Assembly (NCBI GenBank): GCA_951406725.2
Contig: OX597830.1
Coordinates: 8,308,001-8,372,000, forward strand
Direction: 5' to 3'
From: Octopus vulgaris
Taxonomy: Eukaryota
Length of the DNA: 64,000 bases
In this document: in pieces, positions 1-12,215 of the stretch
How the letters are laid out: each line of letters begins with the position of its first letter
Position numbering within the stretch: position 1 is the first letter of the stretch
Translations under genes and position numbers: made by a program
Notes under the pieces: generated by a model
The model's database searches: none
Told to the model about the DNA's origin: nothing
Seen by the model: only the letters and a program-made list of their open reading frames with translations

Positions 1-1265
1 AACTGTGTGATCGTGTGACCCCAACGACATCAGGTGAACAGAAAAAGAAGTGTCCACTGGTTTCATTTCAGTGGGACATCATCAGTGGCTAATTTCAGTC
101 TTTTAACTGTGCTGGAGGGTCAGCAAAGGACAAGAGTACTATATGCTGGTTATGTATGTGTGTGCATGTGAGTATATATACGTGTGTGTGTGTATGCATG
201 TATGTATGTATGTCTGTGTGTATTTGTGAGTATGCATATTTATGCATGCATGTGTGTGTGTAGATGAATATATATGAGTGTGTATGTATATACATGTACG
301 TAGCTGTGTGCATATATATTATGTATGTGCATACATACAGGAAACTGTCAGAATGATGTAGACGCCTCTGATGAGAAACCCCCCCACCATAAGTTTCAGA
401 AATCAATTTAAAACGGTGGTGCATCAGCATGGCCACAGATATGAGCTGAAACTACATAAAAAAAAACAAAAATATGTATACTTGTGTGATTGCGTGTGCA
501 CGGTTAATAAACATGTTGTTCTTTAGTTATAAATCAGCCCTGATTGAGCCGACCTATGACCAAAGGCATTCCAGCCAGGACCATCCCAGATTTTTAGAAC
601 TCTATAATACACCATTATCTATGCTGGCAAATTAATGGTAAGCGCTATATTAATAGAAACAACACATGACGCAAAACTCAAACACAGCAGATTCTAGGAA
701 TAAACTAACACCAAACAATGACACGGTCAGAACTATTTCCTGGTAACGAAACGAAAACTGACATCACCAGACGATAAATATAAACTCTAATAATAATAAA
801 TATAGAAAATAGACACACAATTCCCATAATTCTCTTTAACAATAAAATGGTAATAATAATGCCGACCATCACTAATATCAGTTCAGACAGAAGCCAAACC
901 CAGAAAGATCTTTAGATGTGAGGAAATTTATTATTCCAAACAAGTTTTAATAGAAATATGAGAAAATCTCAATAAGAACACTTAAACTGTCTTCAATATC
1001 ACACACACACACACACACACATATACGTGTGTGTGTGTGTGTGGAATAAAATCTTTGTTTTCTCTCTCTCTATATATATATATCACATTCACACAAACAC
1101 ACATATACATACATACATTACATACATACATACACACATGCATACATGTATGAGGAGTTTCCACTGACCAATTTCACTCCTTAATGTGACTGATGGACAG
1201 AGAGGCTGAACCTAAAACCATGAGGTTATGAACCAAGCCCCTTAACCACACAGCCACTCTTGCAC

Positions 1266-1328
<63 letters not shown>

Positions 1329-2005
1329 CAGGAGTGGCTGTGTGGTAAGAAGCTTGCTTTCCAACAACATAGTTCAGTCCTACAGTGTCTCCTATAGCTT
1401 CGGGCCAACCAAAGCCTTGTGAGTGGATTCGGTAGATGGAAACCGAAAGAAGCCTGTCGTGTGTGTGTGTGTGTGTGTATATTTATGCGTGTGTGTCTGT
1501 GTATATCTCCCCCACCATCACTTGACAACCGATGTTGGTGTGTTTCCATCCCTGTAATCTAGCAGTTCAGCAAAAGAGACTGGCAGAATAAGTACTAGGC
1601 TTACAAAGAATAAGTCCTGGGGTCAATCAATGGCTATAGTAGAAGACACTTGCCCAGGGTGTCATACAGTAAGACTAAACCCGGAACCATGAGGTTGAGA
1701 AGCAAACTTCTTACCACACAGCCACACCTGCGCACGCACATACACACACATCACAAGTCTTGAGGGCCCTCAAAAGGACCCGGATATAACTTCTTCCTGA
1801 TGAAACAATTAAATCTCATTCTCTGCAATAAACTAGGTCTAGAACCCTCAATCACCAACAATAACTTAACCAGGACCCTTTATATTTTCAAAAAGCTGTT
1901 TCTGCGATAAAAGACTTTTCTGATACGAAAAATAAAATGTACATAAAATAAAAGAAAAAAATCAATATAAAACAAAAGTTGAAGAAAATTTAAAGGTTAA
2001 CTTAC

Positions 2006-2119
2006 TCGACCAACCAAAGGTTTGCCATCTTCAGGGTCTATTATGAAAACTCCATCAACGAGACCATTATCATAAGGGGGATATGTCCCCTTTGGCTGCT
2101 GACTGCTAATTGCACCATC
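2006..2119 (-). CDS. GAA: GAA-like internal exon (equivalent to human exon 9), 114 nt
   Basis: Poly-T tract and acceptor ataattag|GAT, donor CGA|gtaagt. Translates [38 protein letters not shown] (human [37 protein letters not shown]). The gene continues past position 1. Confidence 0.94.
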
Positions 2120-2730
2120 CTAATTATCAGATAAAAAAAAAAAAAACTAAATAAGACAAGAATTTCAAAAAAATTCATAGTTTGTCACATGGTAATTGTC
2201 TTCTAAGATCTGAAGACGTAGCTGATGGTCCTTTCAATCACAACAGACCATTTTATGTTGTAGTGTGGTTAAGTATCTTACAGGTATCTGACATATGAAC
2301 CATTAACCTTTCCATTCCTGTATTTCCGCTGAAATTCTTATGTTTCAGCTAATTTTTTAAAGCAACAGAGAGTTTAGTAAAATAATTTTGTCATTATTAA
2401 TAAATGAATATGAAATTTTGAAGGAAGGTTTTAATTTGGATTGCTTTAATCCTTTCATTACCATATTTTTGTTGAAACATACTGTCTTTGTTTCAATTAA
2501 TTTTTGAAAATAATGAAGAATTCAGTAAAATAACTTCGTCAATATTAAGCTAATGTTTAGCAAATTTTAATGAGAGGTTTTAATTTAGTTAAGTTTATTT
2601 CTACAGATATTCTATAACTTTAATAAAATAATGTACAGAGCACTGCTAACACAGTAGGACGTGGTATTGACTTATAAAAACATTTAATATACTTAATAGC
2701 ATATTGTGGTTGCATAATGAAATAATATTA

Positions 2731-2978
2731 TGTCTTTTCGACGGATGTCACTTCGTCAAACGTCTTTTCATCCAACGTCTTTTTGACCAATGATTTTTTT
2801 ATCCAATGACAAATCTTATCAATAAAATTCTCAATGATTATTTGATTTTGATATTCCCCTTGTTTTCTAAAGAGTTTATTTAAAATTGGACAAAAAGACG
2901 GACAAAAAAATCATTGGACAAAAAGATGTGGTCGAAGTGACGTTGGACAAAGTGACATCAGATGAAAAGTCGGGTCAT
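2731..2978. mobile_element. Foldback-like MITE with inverted arrays of a 15-bp subterminal repeat
   Basis: The left array (e.g. cgtctttttgaccaa, 2731-2806) is mirrored by the right array (e.g. ttggacaaaaagatg, 2886-2978). Confidence 0.55.
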
Positions 2979-3643
2979 GTAACGAAATACCTCATACCTA
3001 CAAATCATTAGTTTTAAGTTAGATCGCTTTGAAACAATAATTTTGTACCGTTGGTAGCAAAAGGGTTCAGTTCTCTGGCACAATCAGTGTGACACAATGT
3101 GTGACAACAGACCATATTGTAAATGTGGCTGGGTATTTCACAGACATGTGACACATGTAACATTAACCATTTTGGTACCCAATTCTGTCACAAAATTTGA
3201 AGCTATGATTAAGTTGGTGTTTGGAACAGAAACTAGTACAGAATTTTGATGGAAGATTTTAATTTAAATCATTTTAAAGCAAGAAGTTTGTGTCATTGAA
3301 TTAAGAATAGTCTCAGGTGGGTTGGTATGAAAAGGGTTAATGCAATTATGGGTGATACAGGATGTGACACAACTGTGGCTTTGAATCACACCCACAGATC
3401 AAATTGTATTGTAAGTATGGCCGAATATTCCATACACATCATGTGACACATGTACCATTAATGAAATACTCTGGCACAACCATTGTGACTCAGTATGTGA
3501 CATGACTGTCACCTTTAATTGCAACTACAGTCTGTTTGCTACATTTTAAGTACAGTTTCTTTTGACGCAATTACATCCACAAGACTAACCTCACCTCAGC
3601 CCCAACCTGGGGCAAGGGCAGAAAATATCCACCCAAGATACTA

Positions 3644-4173
3644 CAGAGTCATCTTAACAGCATTATAGGACCCGGACACTGGGCCCGGCTCTGTAAGTAT
3701 CTATTTGTTGACAGTAATCCATAGCATACATAGATCAGAATTGGGGCAAAAGACCAATGAGGGCACCAGAAAAATCAATGCACTGGGCCCCATAGTATTT
3801 ATTTCTTGACAGAAAGCCACAGTCAGGCCCCTAGAGCCATGACATCCCCAAGGAAAATGAATGCATTGAGCCTTTTAATATTTATTCATTGATACCAGCC
3901 ACAACGTAAATAGCTCATAATTAGAACCCTAGACCTGTGAGGGCTCCCACCCCCACCCCAATAAAATCAATGCATTGGGCCCTTTAGCATTTTTCCCGAT
4001 AGCAAGCCACTATCAGGTCCCTAAACCAATGTGGTCCTCCAGAAAAATGAACGCATTGAGCCTTATAGTATTTCTCTATAGCAAACCACAACATACATAG
4101 ATCATCACTAAGCACCAAGACTCATGAGGCCCCAAGAAACTGTCCAGTGAGCCCATTCCTTAAGATGGTGCTG
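3644..4173. repeat. Degenerate tandem repeat (about 80-110 bp units) inside possible hAT-like termini
   Basis: aaaat(c/g)aatgca(c/t)tg(g/a)gcc recurs four times. The ends cagagtcatcttaa / ttaagatggtgctg are imperfect inverted repeats. No TSD was found. Confidence 0.45.
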
Positions 4174-4388
4174 ACAATAAATTCACTTCAAACCCCAGAC
4201 CTAACAATTGCAAAGCAAACTTTTTAACCATTCTGCCATGGTTGGCCAACAAACATAATAAAGAAATTTTTTTAAATACGATACATCAACACATTAAAAA
4301 TATACAAACATATCTACAAAGACACTCGGGCAGAGAGAGAGAGAATATGATCGTGAATTATTAATGGTAAAGTGGTCTGCAAACTCAC

Positions 4389-4520
4389 CACAATCATTAT
4401 GTAATGTTGGCCATGGGCGTGGAGATCTTTCACGATGTCTGGCAAATCAGCAAACAGGTTGTGGTCATAGGTCCAGTCCAGCTTCTTGTCCATCGAATCA
4501 ATATCATTCCACTGGACATC
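4389..4520 (-). CDS. GAA: GAA-like internal exon (equivalent to human exon 8), 132 nt
   Basis: Acceptor gatttcag|GAT, donor GTG|gtgagt. Translates DVQWNDIDSMDKKLDWTYDHNLFADLPDIVKDLHAHGQHYIMIV (human DVQWNDLDYMD...LHQGGRRYMMIV). Not in the ORF track. Confidence 0.96.
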
Positions 4521-5243
4521 CTGAAATCAGATTATTGGCAATACCATAAATAAACACTGCATTATGTTGTGTGTGTGTGTGTGTGTGTGCGTGTGTATGT
4601 ATATGAACATATGGTATCTGTACACGTGTGTATGTATATGTGTCTATATGTTATGTGACAGGTGACTGTTTATATTTGTATATGTATGTACATATATGGA
4701 TGTATGCAGTGTCTATGTTATTAGGGTAAATGTGTGTGTGTGTGTATGCATAGATGTGTGAATGTATATGTGTATATGTACAGGTGCATATGTATGTATG
4801 CGGATATATGTATGTGTTTTTATATCAATGTGTATGTGTTTGTATGTATGCAATCAGGTATATATGTAAGCATGTGTGTACATATGTGTGTGCATAAGCT
4901 TGCCTTTATATATATCTATGCGTATGAGTACATATTTAAATGTGTACGTGGGTGCACACAGATACACATACAAACACCTAAATGTGTATACATACATACA
5001 AACACACACACATAAACATATAATTCAAAATGATACAAAAAAACAAGACAGAGACAGGTGAGGGAACAACAGACAGGGTGTATTTGTTTTGACGCTGAGG
5101 GAAAATGGAAGAAGTTTTTGATATTTCAAGCCCATGCTCTTTTCAAGAAAGGAATGAAAAGAGAAAGAAACAGATGGAGAGAGGGGATAAAAAACAGAGA
5201 AAAATACATGTCTGGATAAAAGGCTGCACTTGTTGAACATAAA

Positions 5244-5302
<59 letters not shown>

Positions 5303-5697
5303 TCTTTTACTTGTTTCAGTCATCTGACTGCGGCCATGCTGGAGCACCACCTTTAGTCGAGCAAATCGACCCCGGGACTTATTCTTTATAAGCCCAGTAC
5401 TTTTCCTATCAGTCTCTTTTGCCGAACCGCTAAGTGACGGGGACATAAACACACCAGCATCGGTTGTCAAGCAATGTTAGGGGGACAAACAATGACACAC
5501 AGACATACACGCACACACATATATATATACATATATACGACGGGCTTCTTTCAGTTTCCATCTACCAAATCCACTCACAAGGCTTTGGTCGGCCCGAGGC
5601 TAAAGTAGAAGACACTTGCCCAAGATGCCACGCAGTGGGACTGAACCCGGAACCATGTGGTTGGTAAGCTAGCTACTTACCACACAGCCACACTATA

Positions 5698-6252
5698 TAT
5701 ATAATGCCTCGATATACGAGTTAATTTATTCCCAGAGACTACTTGTAAAGTGAAAACTCATAAAGCAGAGCAATAATTCCCATGGTAGCAATGTTATAAA
5801 TCATAATTCTTTCTCAGAAAAATATTTTGCTCATAAAATTTATAATACTCACAAATAAATGGTAATAAAACAACAGTAAAATGTAAAGAATATTTTATGC
5901 AAAATAAAAAGAATCGTTTTCTGAATTACTTTCACTTGCACAAAACTTGCATACACCATCACTTGAAGATGTGATTGCCAATTCACAAGCACTCATGGAC
6001 AGACATGTAGATTTCTTTTTAAAAAACAAGTCTAGAATTATTTGCTTAGAAGAAGCGTTTTTTTCACTCTCAATAGATTTCTTAGTAACATGCAGAAGCA
6101 TTTGTTACGATAGCAGGAACTTTTGCACTTTGATCAAAATTTGGATCTTGTGCTTGGAAAATTTCAGTTCACCATACAAAAGTGAGCTGGAAAGTAAAAT
6201 TCGTAAACCCAGGGTTTTGTAAAGTGGGCCCTCATAAAGTGAGGTATTATGT
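5698..6252. mobile_element. Tigger/pogo-like non-autonomous DNA transposon
   Basis: Decayed TIRs taatgcctcgatatacgag / ctcataaagtgaggtattatg. An internal minus-strand KQIILDLFFKK resembles the pogo/Tigger C-terminal KQTTLD.FF motif. Confidence 0.55.
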
Positions 6253-6276
6253 ATATATATATATATAAATTACTGC

Positions 6277-6362
<86 letters not shown>

Positions 6363-6684
6363 CTGCATATATGTGTGTATTCACATTATTCTATACATTA
6401 CTGTATCCATATTACTGTATATATATATACATATATCATGATGATGATATATTTATGTATATATATATACTCTTTTACTTGTTTCAGTCATGTGACTGTG
6501 GCCATGCTGGAGCACCACCTTTAGACAAGCAAATCAACCCAGGACTTATTCTTTGTAAGCCTAGTACTTATTCTATCGGTCTCTTTTGCCGGACCGCTAA
6601 GTTACAGGGATGTAAACACACCAGCATCGGTTGTCAAGCGATGTTGGGGGACAAACACAGACACACAAACGTATACACACATAC

Positions 6685-6715
<31 letters not shown>

Positions 6716-7468
6716 CGACAGGCTTCTTTCAGTTTCCGTCTACCAAATCCACTCACAATGCTTTGGCTGGCCCGAGGCTATAGCAGAAGACACTTGCCCA
6801 AGGTGCCACACAGTGGGACTGAACCGGGAACCATGTGGTTCGTAAGCAAGCTACTTACCACACAGCCACTCCTACGCCTATATATATATATATATATGAT
6901 CAAAAATTTAACAAAAATATTTTATAAAACATAATAAACAGAAACTTTGTAGCTTATTCTTCATCCGTTATCATCCAAAAGATCATTAGAATTTCGCACC
7001 TATATATATATATATATACATATATACATAGACACACATACACACATATATATATGATATGATCTATATCCACCAAACTTTAATATAAAACTGAATTACA
7101 TTTTTGTTAAATATAACTCCAATCAGATGTGTAGAATGTGGTTGTCATTTGTTTTCACACACACACACATGCGCGCACAATCACACGCATACGTATGTAA
7201 GTATGTAAGTATATTAATGTGAAGCCTCACAAAAATGATATTATTTTCTCTATTGATAACAGAGAGAAGAAAAAAGTGCACTGACAATAACAACAACAAC
7301 AGCAGTGTCAACAACAACAACACACTGAATGGCTTCAGAAAAACATCTCTTCCAGCACGAATTCACTTGGCACAATTCTACATACAACAATTGCAGCGTG
7401 GAAGGTGTTTGTAAGCCATTTAAGAAATACACAAAAGCCGTTCGATTCACTTCAACATTTAAGTTTAA

Positions 7469-7518
7469 TTTGTCAAAATATTTTCGTCGCTAAAATCCGC
7501 GACCTGTTCACTGACAAA
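7469..7518 (-). ncRNA. Minimal type-I hammerhead ribozyme motif, G3-C8 core variant
   Basis: Minus strand reads tttgtca-GTGAACA-G-GTCGC-ggatttta-GCGAC-GAAA-atat-T-T-tgacaaa. This gives stem I, a covaried core, stem II, GAAA, a 1-bp stem III with palindromic ATAT loop, and a UH cleavage site. Confidence 0.7.
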
Positions 7519-7533
7519 AATCCGTGCTGCATC

Positions 7534-7580
7534 TGTCAGTGAACAGGTTGCGGTCTTATAGCGACGAAAATATTTTGACA
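7534..7580 (+). ncRNA. Minimal type-I hammerhead ribozyme motif, G3-C8 core variant (second copy)
   Basis: tgtca-GTGAACA-G-GTTGC-ggtcttata-GCGAC-GAAA-atat-T-T-tgaca. Stem II is kept through one G-U wobble. Confidence 0.65.
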
Positions 7581-9440
7581 TATTAAACTTAAATGTTGAA
7601 GTGAATCGAACGGCTTTTGTGTGTTTCTTAAATGGCTTACAAACACCTTCCATGCTGCAATTGTTTCCGTTCCAGCACACGATCTCAGATCAAATCACTT
7701 GCTATGCAAGTACATCTCCGTAATTCTACATACATCTGAAGAAATATCTGGTAATCTACTACAACATTTAATTTCCCTCCACAGTGGTTCCCCCATGTTA
7801 ACGCAAACATTCCAACATGTGAAACCATAAATCCAAAAATATTTTTCCCTCTCTCCATGTTTTTCCTCTCATCTCTCTCTCTTGAAGAGCATAGGTTCGA
7901 AATGTCAAAGACTTTTCTATTTTTCCCAAGCGTCAAACTAATACACCTGCTTGTTGTTCCCTCACCTGTCTTTGTCTTTTGTTTTCTCTACGTTTGAACC
8001 ACATTTCATGTAGCAGTCACCATTGTGGCACAAGCTGCTACCATATGTCATAGTTACCTCTGTAGTGGTTACCACATGTTAAGGTGAATGATCCATGTTG
8101 TGGTCACCACTGAGGTGCAAATAGTTACATAAGCACCAATTACCTGTGCAGGGTTTACCTCATCTTAAGGTGAGTATTTTATAAAATGGGTCACCTCTAT
8201 AGGGGGTTACCTGCATACTGGGTTACTAATTTTAAGGTGAATATTTCATGAAGTGTTCTATCATATATTTTATGTTTACTATTTTTTCGTATGAATCAAA
8301 CCCCAGTGCATATTTTTAAAGTCTGGTACTTATTCTATCAGGAGTGGGGGAGGGGGAGGTTCTGAACCACTAAGTTACAAAGATGTAAACAAACCAACAC
8401 TGGTTATCAAGCAGTGTGGTGGGAGACAAGCACACACACACACACACAAATGCTTCCAGTTTTCATCTACCAAATTCATTCACAAGGTCATTAGTCAGCC
8501 CCTGGCTATAGTAGAAGAGACTTGCTGATGGCGCCATCAAGTGGAACTGGACCTGCAACAAATTGTTAGCAAAGTGTATTCCTTGACCACACAGCTACAC
8601 ACAAAAGTCATTCTCACTTATACAAACAGTACAGTTCAGAGGTGACTCCAGGTCATCAGCACTCATGCTCATCACAGACAATTTTTCATTCATCATCATC
8701 ATCGTTTAATGTCCGCTTTCCATGCTAGCATGGGTTGGACGATTTGACTGAGGACTGGCGAACCAATTGGCTGCACCAGGCTCCAGAAGAATATTGTAGA
8801 ATGGAAACTTTTCATAGATTGGAATTCAAATCCTAATCTCTAGAGAAATTTATTGTTTCAAGAAAACATTGAATTTGAATTACTTTCAATTTTTCCGATT
8901 ACAAATAGCAACTCAGGCTGTAACTTCTGAGCCCAAGTCAGGAATGTGTGAACAATGTCGAGAGAACGTCTGCTAAGAATGATATTTTTTGACACAGGGC
9001 ATCTCTAAGACAACTGCCAGACACTGAATGAAAATAAATGAACTGTGACCAGGCTCAATAAAAGGGGCCCCGAGTTATTGGCTGAAATTACATACTTGAA
9101 GTCAGAGATGGCAGAAATGAAATCAGCCTGCAAATAAACGTTCACTTTACTAAATTTATACTTGGGCTAACCCCAAACAGCCCAAGTGCCAGTGTCACCA
9201 ATGGTACAGTTCCTTTATGGCGTTTATTAGTAGAACACCAAATTTGAGGACACAGCCTGCAAATTATTCATGAATATAAGAGTTTTCAGATCTGGCTGTG
9301 CAGATAAGAATCTCACTTTGTAACCATGTGGTTTTGGGTTCAGTCCCATTGCAAATGTCTTTTTTACTATAGCCCTGGGTTGGCCAATGTCTTCTAAGTA
9401 AATTTTGGTAGATGGATATGGTGCAGAAGCCTGTCATATA

Positions 9441-9663
9441 CAGTAATACCTCGACTATCATGGGTGTTATGTTCCAAACACCATTGCGATTGGTGAAAAT
9501 CCGCAAAGTAGAAACAGTACTGTACGGTATATTTTTTAAAATTATTTTTATAATTTGTATATATTTATTTTATTATAAATGCAAAACAACACCACGGAAG
9601 AATTGACGTAAACTTAAATAATTAACCATGACAGGTGAACCGCAATACGGCAAAAGATTACAG
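9441..9663. mobile_element. Tigger-like MITE
   Basis: TA|cagtaatacctcgactatc left end and aatacggcaaaagattacag|TA right end, nested in a SINE. Confidence 0.55.
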
Positions 9664-10234
9664 TACATACATACATACATGTGTGTGTGTACATCTGTGT
9701 TTCCCATTATCACCACCACTTGTCAATCAGTGTTGGTTTGTTTACACCCTTGTAACTTAGCAGTTTGACAAAACTGCCTGATAAAATAAGTACCAGTTAC
9801 TTAAATACAAAGCAAGTGCTGCAGTTGATTTCTTCGATAATGCCCCAGCATGGCCACAGTCCAATGACTGAAACAAATAAAAGATGAAATACAAAAGACT
9901 GAACTATCTTTCAGACTCTATGGTGTACTCAGCCAGAGCTAACAGACTGTAAATGCCATATACAAAGTCATTTTTTTTTTATCTTTAAGTTATCTTTAAC
10001 ATTCTTTAGTCACTGTGACAGGTCACGGTGAATGACTAAGCAGTATGGAGAAGTATTAATCTACATTGGCTTGGCCAATGCCTTCATTGATGGCAGTCGT
10101 CATGAATCCAAGAAAGACAGTTTTGCAACTTCTGGCTGTACAAGCTGCACAAATGATTGGTTTATAGTGATCGGATGCATGTGCTGCACAATAAGCTCAC
10201 TCTCTCTCTGTCAAATCGACATTATTTTACACAG

Positions 10235-10870
10235 GTGAAGGTGTTGAGCTGGCAGAATCGTTAGCACGCCAGGTGAAATGCTCAGCAGTATTTCGTCTGT
10301 CTTTACGCTCTGAGTTCAAATTTTGCTGAGGTTAATTTTGCTTTTCATCCTTTCAGGGTTGATAAATTAAGTACCAGTGAAATACTGGAGGTTGATGTAA
10401 TCAACAAGTTCCCTCCTCACAAATTTCAGGTCTTGCGCCTCCAATAGAAAGGATTATTTGTACATGTGAAGGCAGCGAGCTGGCAGAAACGTTAGCACAT
10501 CGGGCGAAATGCCTAGTGGTATTTCGTCTGCCACTACGTTCTGAGCTCAAATTCTGCCATAGTCGACTTTGCTTTTCATCCTTTCAGGGTCGATAAATTA
10601 AGTACCAGTTATGCACTGGGGTCGATGTAATCGACTTAATCCATTTGTCTGTCCTTATTTGTCCTTTCTGTGTTTAGCCCCTTGTGGGTAGTAAAGAAAT
10701 AGGTATTTCATCTCCCTTTATGTTCTGAGTTCAAATTCCGCCGAGGTTGACTTTGCCTTTCATCTTTTTGAGTTGATAAATTAAGTACCAGTTCCATACT
10801 GGGGATCAATCTAATAAACTGCCCCCCCCTACCAAATTTCAGGCCTTGTACCTATAGTAGAAATGATTAT
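10235..10870 (+). mobile_element. Tandem SINE family B copies with a Nin/Deu-like domain (others at about 15858-16275+, 27228-27638-, 51138-51370-, 54730-55450+)
   Basis: Head ggcagcgagctggcagaaacgttagca...gagttcaaat and the central motif gcctttcatcctttcggggtcgataaattaagtacca. Often internally duplicated. Confidence 0.8.
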
Positions 10871-11976
10871 TTGTACAGGTGCTTGGTGTGCCACCTGTCA
10901 GATGCTGAAGCAACTGCAGAGCAATGTGAGGTGTGTTTTGCCCAGACGTGGAATCAAACCCTTAATCTTCCGATTGTGAGTACAACACCCTCACCACTAG
11001 GCTATGTACCCTCAATCCACACCTTGTATTTCTTTGTAAACCATGAATATCGACTTTTCTAAACAACTGTATTTTCTAGAATGGCATGGCTGGAATGATT
11101 TATTTGCAAAGGAAATTGGTTTTACCACTGATAGAGAGTCAGAGAGACTGATGCATGTAACTTAAATATATGCATATGAATATATGTATGTATGTATATA
11201 TACACACACAAGTCAGCTAGTGAGCCGGTACATAGTTGTTCAATTTGGTAGAAATAGCAGCCAAATGTCCCTCAAATTATAAGTTATCATATAAAATACA
11301 AGAAAGATACATTGGACAATTATGTATTGGACATGTAAAAATATATGAGATGGTCAGCAAAAGAATGTCCCTGGTCATAGATTTGCTCAATCAGATCTGC
11401 TATGGATCTAAACAACATACACACAGATGTACACACACACACGAATGTACACATGCACACACAACAACATACACAGACAGACACACTGTTGACAAGCACA
11501 GCTTCAACGCTATCATCATTTAGTGTCCATCTTTCCAGCTGGCATGGCTTGGATAGTTCAACAGGAACCAATGTGCCAGTGGATGGCGTTGAGCACCAAT
11601 GGCTACTATAACATGGTTTCTACAGCTATATGTCCTTCCTGATGCCAACCAATTTACAGAGAGGTGCACCAGATGCTTTTTTTGTTATGAGAATGGCATT
11701 AAATATGGTCACCAAGTAACTCACAAGACAAGATCACTTGACTGAAGGCAGGTTGTAGCATTTAGAGAAGATGGCTTTATGCCAGGTGATGAGAGGCTAA
11801 TGTAAGATAGTGGGGACAAGAACAGATGTCTTGTTATGGAGGAGATACATGGCTACCCCTACTGGAAAGAGAAGTAAGCAAAAAGATGGTGATGATAAAG
11901 TGTCAATGCGGAGAGTACCCTTAAGTAGAAGAAGGTGAATTTAGAGAGAAGCGGAAAAAAGGAAACTGAAACTTAC

Positions 11977-12215
11977 ATATGGTATTTTGGAATCTCTCAT
12001 TCTTTTGATGACAGCTTTCATAGTAGCAGAATTATTGTAACCCCAACGACAGAGGTGAAACCCAAGAGACCAATAAGGGGGCATGAAGGGTCGACCAATC
12101 AGTTCCGTATACTGCTGGACGACGGCATTTGGCGTGGGTCCAGTAAACACGTAGAAATCCAGGACTCCTCCCATTGTACGGTATGTGACAGATGGCTGAG
12201 GCTGGAAGTCAATTT
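11977..12215 (-). CDS. GAA: GAA-like internal exon (equivalent to human exons 6+7 joined), 239 nt
   Basis: Acceptor ttttgcag|AA, donor TAT|gtaagt. Translates (Q)IDFQPQPSVTYRTMGGVLDFYVFTGPTPNAVVQQYTELIGRPFMPPYWSLGFHLCRWGYNNSATMKAVIKRMRDSKIPY. PFMPPYW.LGFHLCRWGY is GAA-type. Confidence 0.97.

Larger units (their letters stand above)
7387..7721. mobile_element. Short Penelope-like (pLTR-type) insertion made of an inverted duplication, with a 13-bp target-site duplication
   Basis: Arms 7386-7516 and 7534-7665 are reverse complements (about 95% identical by eye). AATTCTACATACA is directly repeated at 7374-7386 and 7722-7734. Each arm carries a hammerhead motif. Confidence 0.7.

Noticed and set aside
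360-415. CTGATGA-GAAAC-loop-GTTTC-A-GAAA hammerhead-like string
   Set aside because: There is an extra base before GAAA and no convincing stem I or III. At most a decayed relic.
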